From Klebsormidium nitens (lineage: Eukaryota > Plantae > Klebsormidiophyceae): a stretch of 37,111 bases of DNA. Numbering within the stretch: the stretch's first letter is position 1; each line of letters opens with the position of its first letter. Below the pieces are notes generated by a model. That model made no database searches, was not told the origin of the DNA, and saw only the letters and a program-made list of their open reading frames with translations. A program made the translations under genes and the position numbers. The stretch lies in assembly GCA_000708835.1 (NCBI GenBank), contig DF237697.1, positions 1-37,111 on the forward strand. Direction: 5' to 3'. Shown here one piece after another: positions 35,913-37,111 of this stretch.

Positions 35913-36480
35913 TCGGTCGGTCGGGAGTATCTGATAAATATTGCCCCGAGCCGCGGCAATGGTTATATCTGGCTAAAGTACCATTATCGCATTCTAGTCG
36001 GGTACCTCGGTACGTACCAAGTGACAGAATAGGTACTCAAAAGGTACCTACTGCCTGGTACCTACTGCTATCGTATCTGGACTACCTAGTACACTGTACG
36101 AGTCGTAACTTGCCGTACAGCTCCGAGCTCGGACTCCGGAGCCCCCGAGAGTCTGCCGGCCATGCAAAAAGGTCCATCTACACCGACCGAATTGTCTGAC
36201 CTGTGCGTGCCCGGTGCCTGGAGAACTGCTGGAGCCGTGCACGACCGGTTGTCTGAAAGGTGCACGAGGATTGGTTGCATCAAGACCGAATCTCCTGTAT
36301 AGTACAGTATACGGTCGCCAATTACCGAGTCCGGGGAGTCCCTGGATGGGCAAATCCGCCCCCTTTCGACCGAATGTCTTGTCAAATCTACCGACCGGAC
36401 AAAAATCGGTCGCGGCGTCACGACCGAAATAGCACATTAGGGAGGATTGGACGGCGATTCCGTCTTCTCCAAGCGACCGA
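35913..36480. repeat. Cluster of CGACCGA/TCGGTCG heptamers in both orientations
   Basis: TCGGTCG at 35913, 35917 and 36406. CGACCGA at 36184, 36367, 36421 and 36474. A perfect 8-bp hairpin CCACCCCC-TTC-GGGGGTGG sits immediately upstream at 35893-35911. Confidence 0.75.
35978..36118. repeat. GTAC-dense cluster (10 copies in 141 bp)
   Basis: GTAC at 35978, 36002, 36010, 36014, 36033, 36044, 36058, 36089, 36096 and 36115. Includes a direct repeat GGTACCTACTGC at 36043 and 36057. Confidence 0.85.
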
Positions 36481-36499
36481 ATTGCCGTTGCCGGAACTT

Positions 36500-37111
36500 A
36501 CCTCCCGGCAACTTAGTCGTATTCCGACTGAAACCCTATGGAAATTTCAGCGTGCTATAAATGACTACAATTTCGAAGTGGGATTGGTTGCATGGTTGAC
36601 TTCGAAAGGATTTCAAGTTGCTATCTTGTAAAAAAGAACATTTACGTGACAAAGTGGAGTACTACGATACTTACGATGTATCGTATGCCTCGCTTACCGT
36701 CACAACTAACTTCGTATACATATTTATATGCACAATTGCAACTATGCCGTATCGTCCACCATGTTTGTTCAACTTATTACTATGCATGATCGCAACATGC
36801 ATATTGGAAAGTGTCAATGAATCCACATTACATATATACATATTTTGTTTATCGATTTGGCACATGTCGTATAGATGCCAATTTCAATTTACATGAATAT
36901 AGTTTAATTTCGAAATCAAACTTATGTGCCGTATGCAGTTTCATCTACTTCGGCATCATTCGCGATTGTTTGGATAGTTCGACAATATTGAAACTTGTCA
37001 CGGCTTGTTAACGTCATTGTCTGTGATCATGTGTGCCATGCACAATTGTATGTATATTAACATCTACGATCATCCATGCTTGACTCTCATTCCCAAATTC
37101 GTTGACCATCA
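36500..37111. other. AT-rich block running off the window end (possible decayed repeat or foreign DNA)
   Basis: Visibly much more AT-rich than the rest of the window, with many TA, CA and TG steps. No long clean ORF and no recognisable domain. Confidence 0.4.

Overview
Eukaryotic, intron-rich nuclear DNA with GC-rich exons and GT-AG introns. The plant-type proteins and gene architecture point to a streptophyte alga; Klebsormidium-like is an inference, not a database result. Four protein genes are well supported, all on +. (1) The 3' half of an AHK1/CKI1-type hybrid histidine kinase, whose 5' end lies outside the window. (2) A complete tandem paralog, about 1138 aa in 10 exons. (3) A plant O-fucosyltransferase-family (O-FucT) type II membrane protein, about 607 aa in 6 exons. 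(4) The AP-4 adaptor beta subunit, about 839 aa in 9 exons. A small unknown ORF lies on - at 33516-33755. There is no rRNA, tRNA, CRISPR array or intact transposase. The most unusual signal is that two unrelated neighbouring genes each carry, inside one intron, a periodic ladder of 3-4 copies of 'acceptor plus first 60-75 nt of the next exon' (period about 165 bp and about 132 bp). The copies differ from the functional exon mostly at synonymous positions. One AP4B donor is echoed as a possible 12-nt in-frame microexon. The right end holds a dense GTAC and CGACCGA motif cluster followed by an AT-rich block. All gene models were assembled by hand from splice signals, phase checks and remembered family motifs, not from transcript data.
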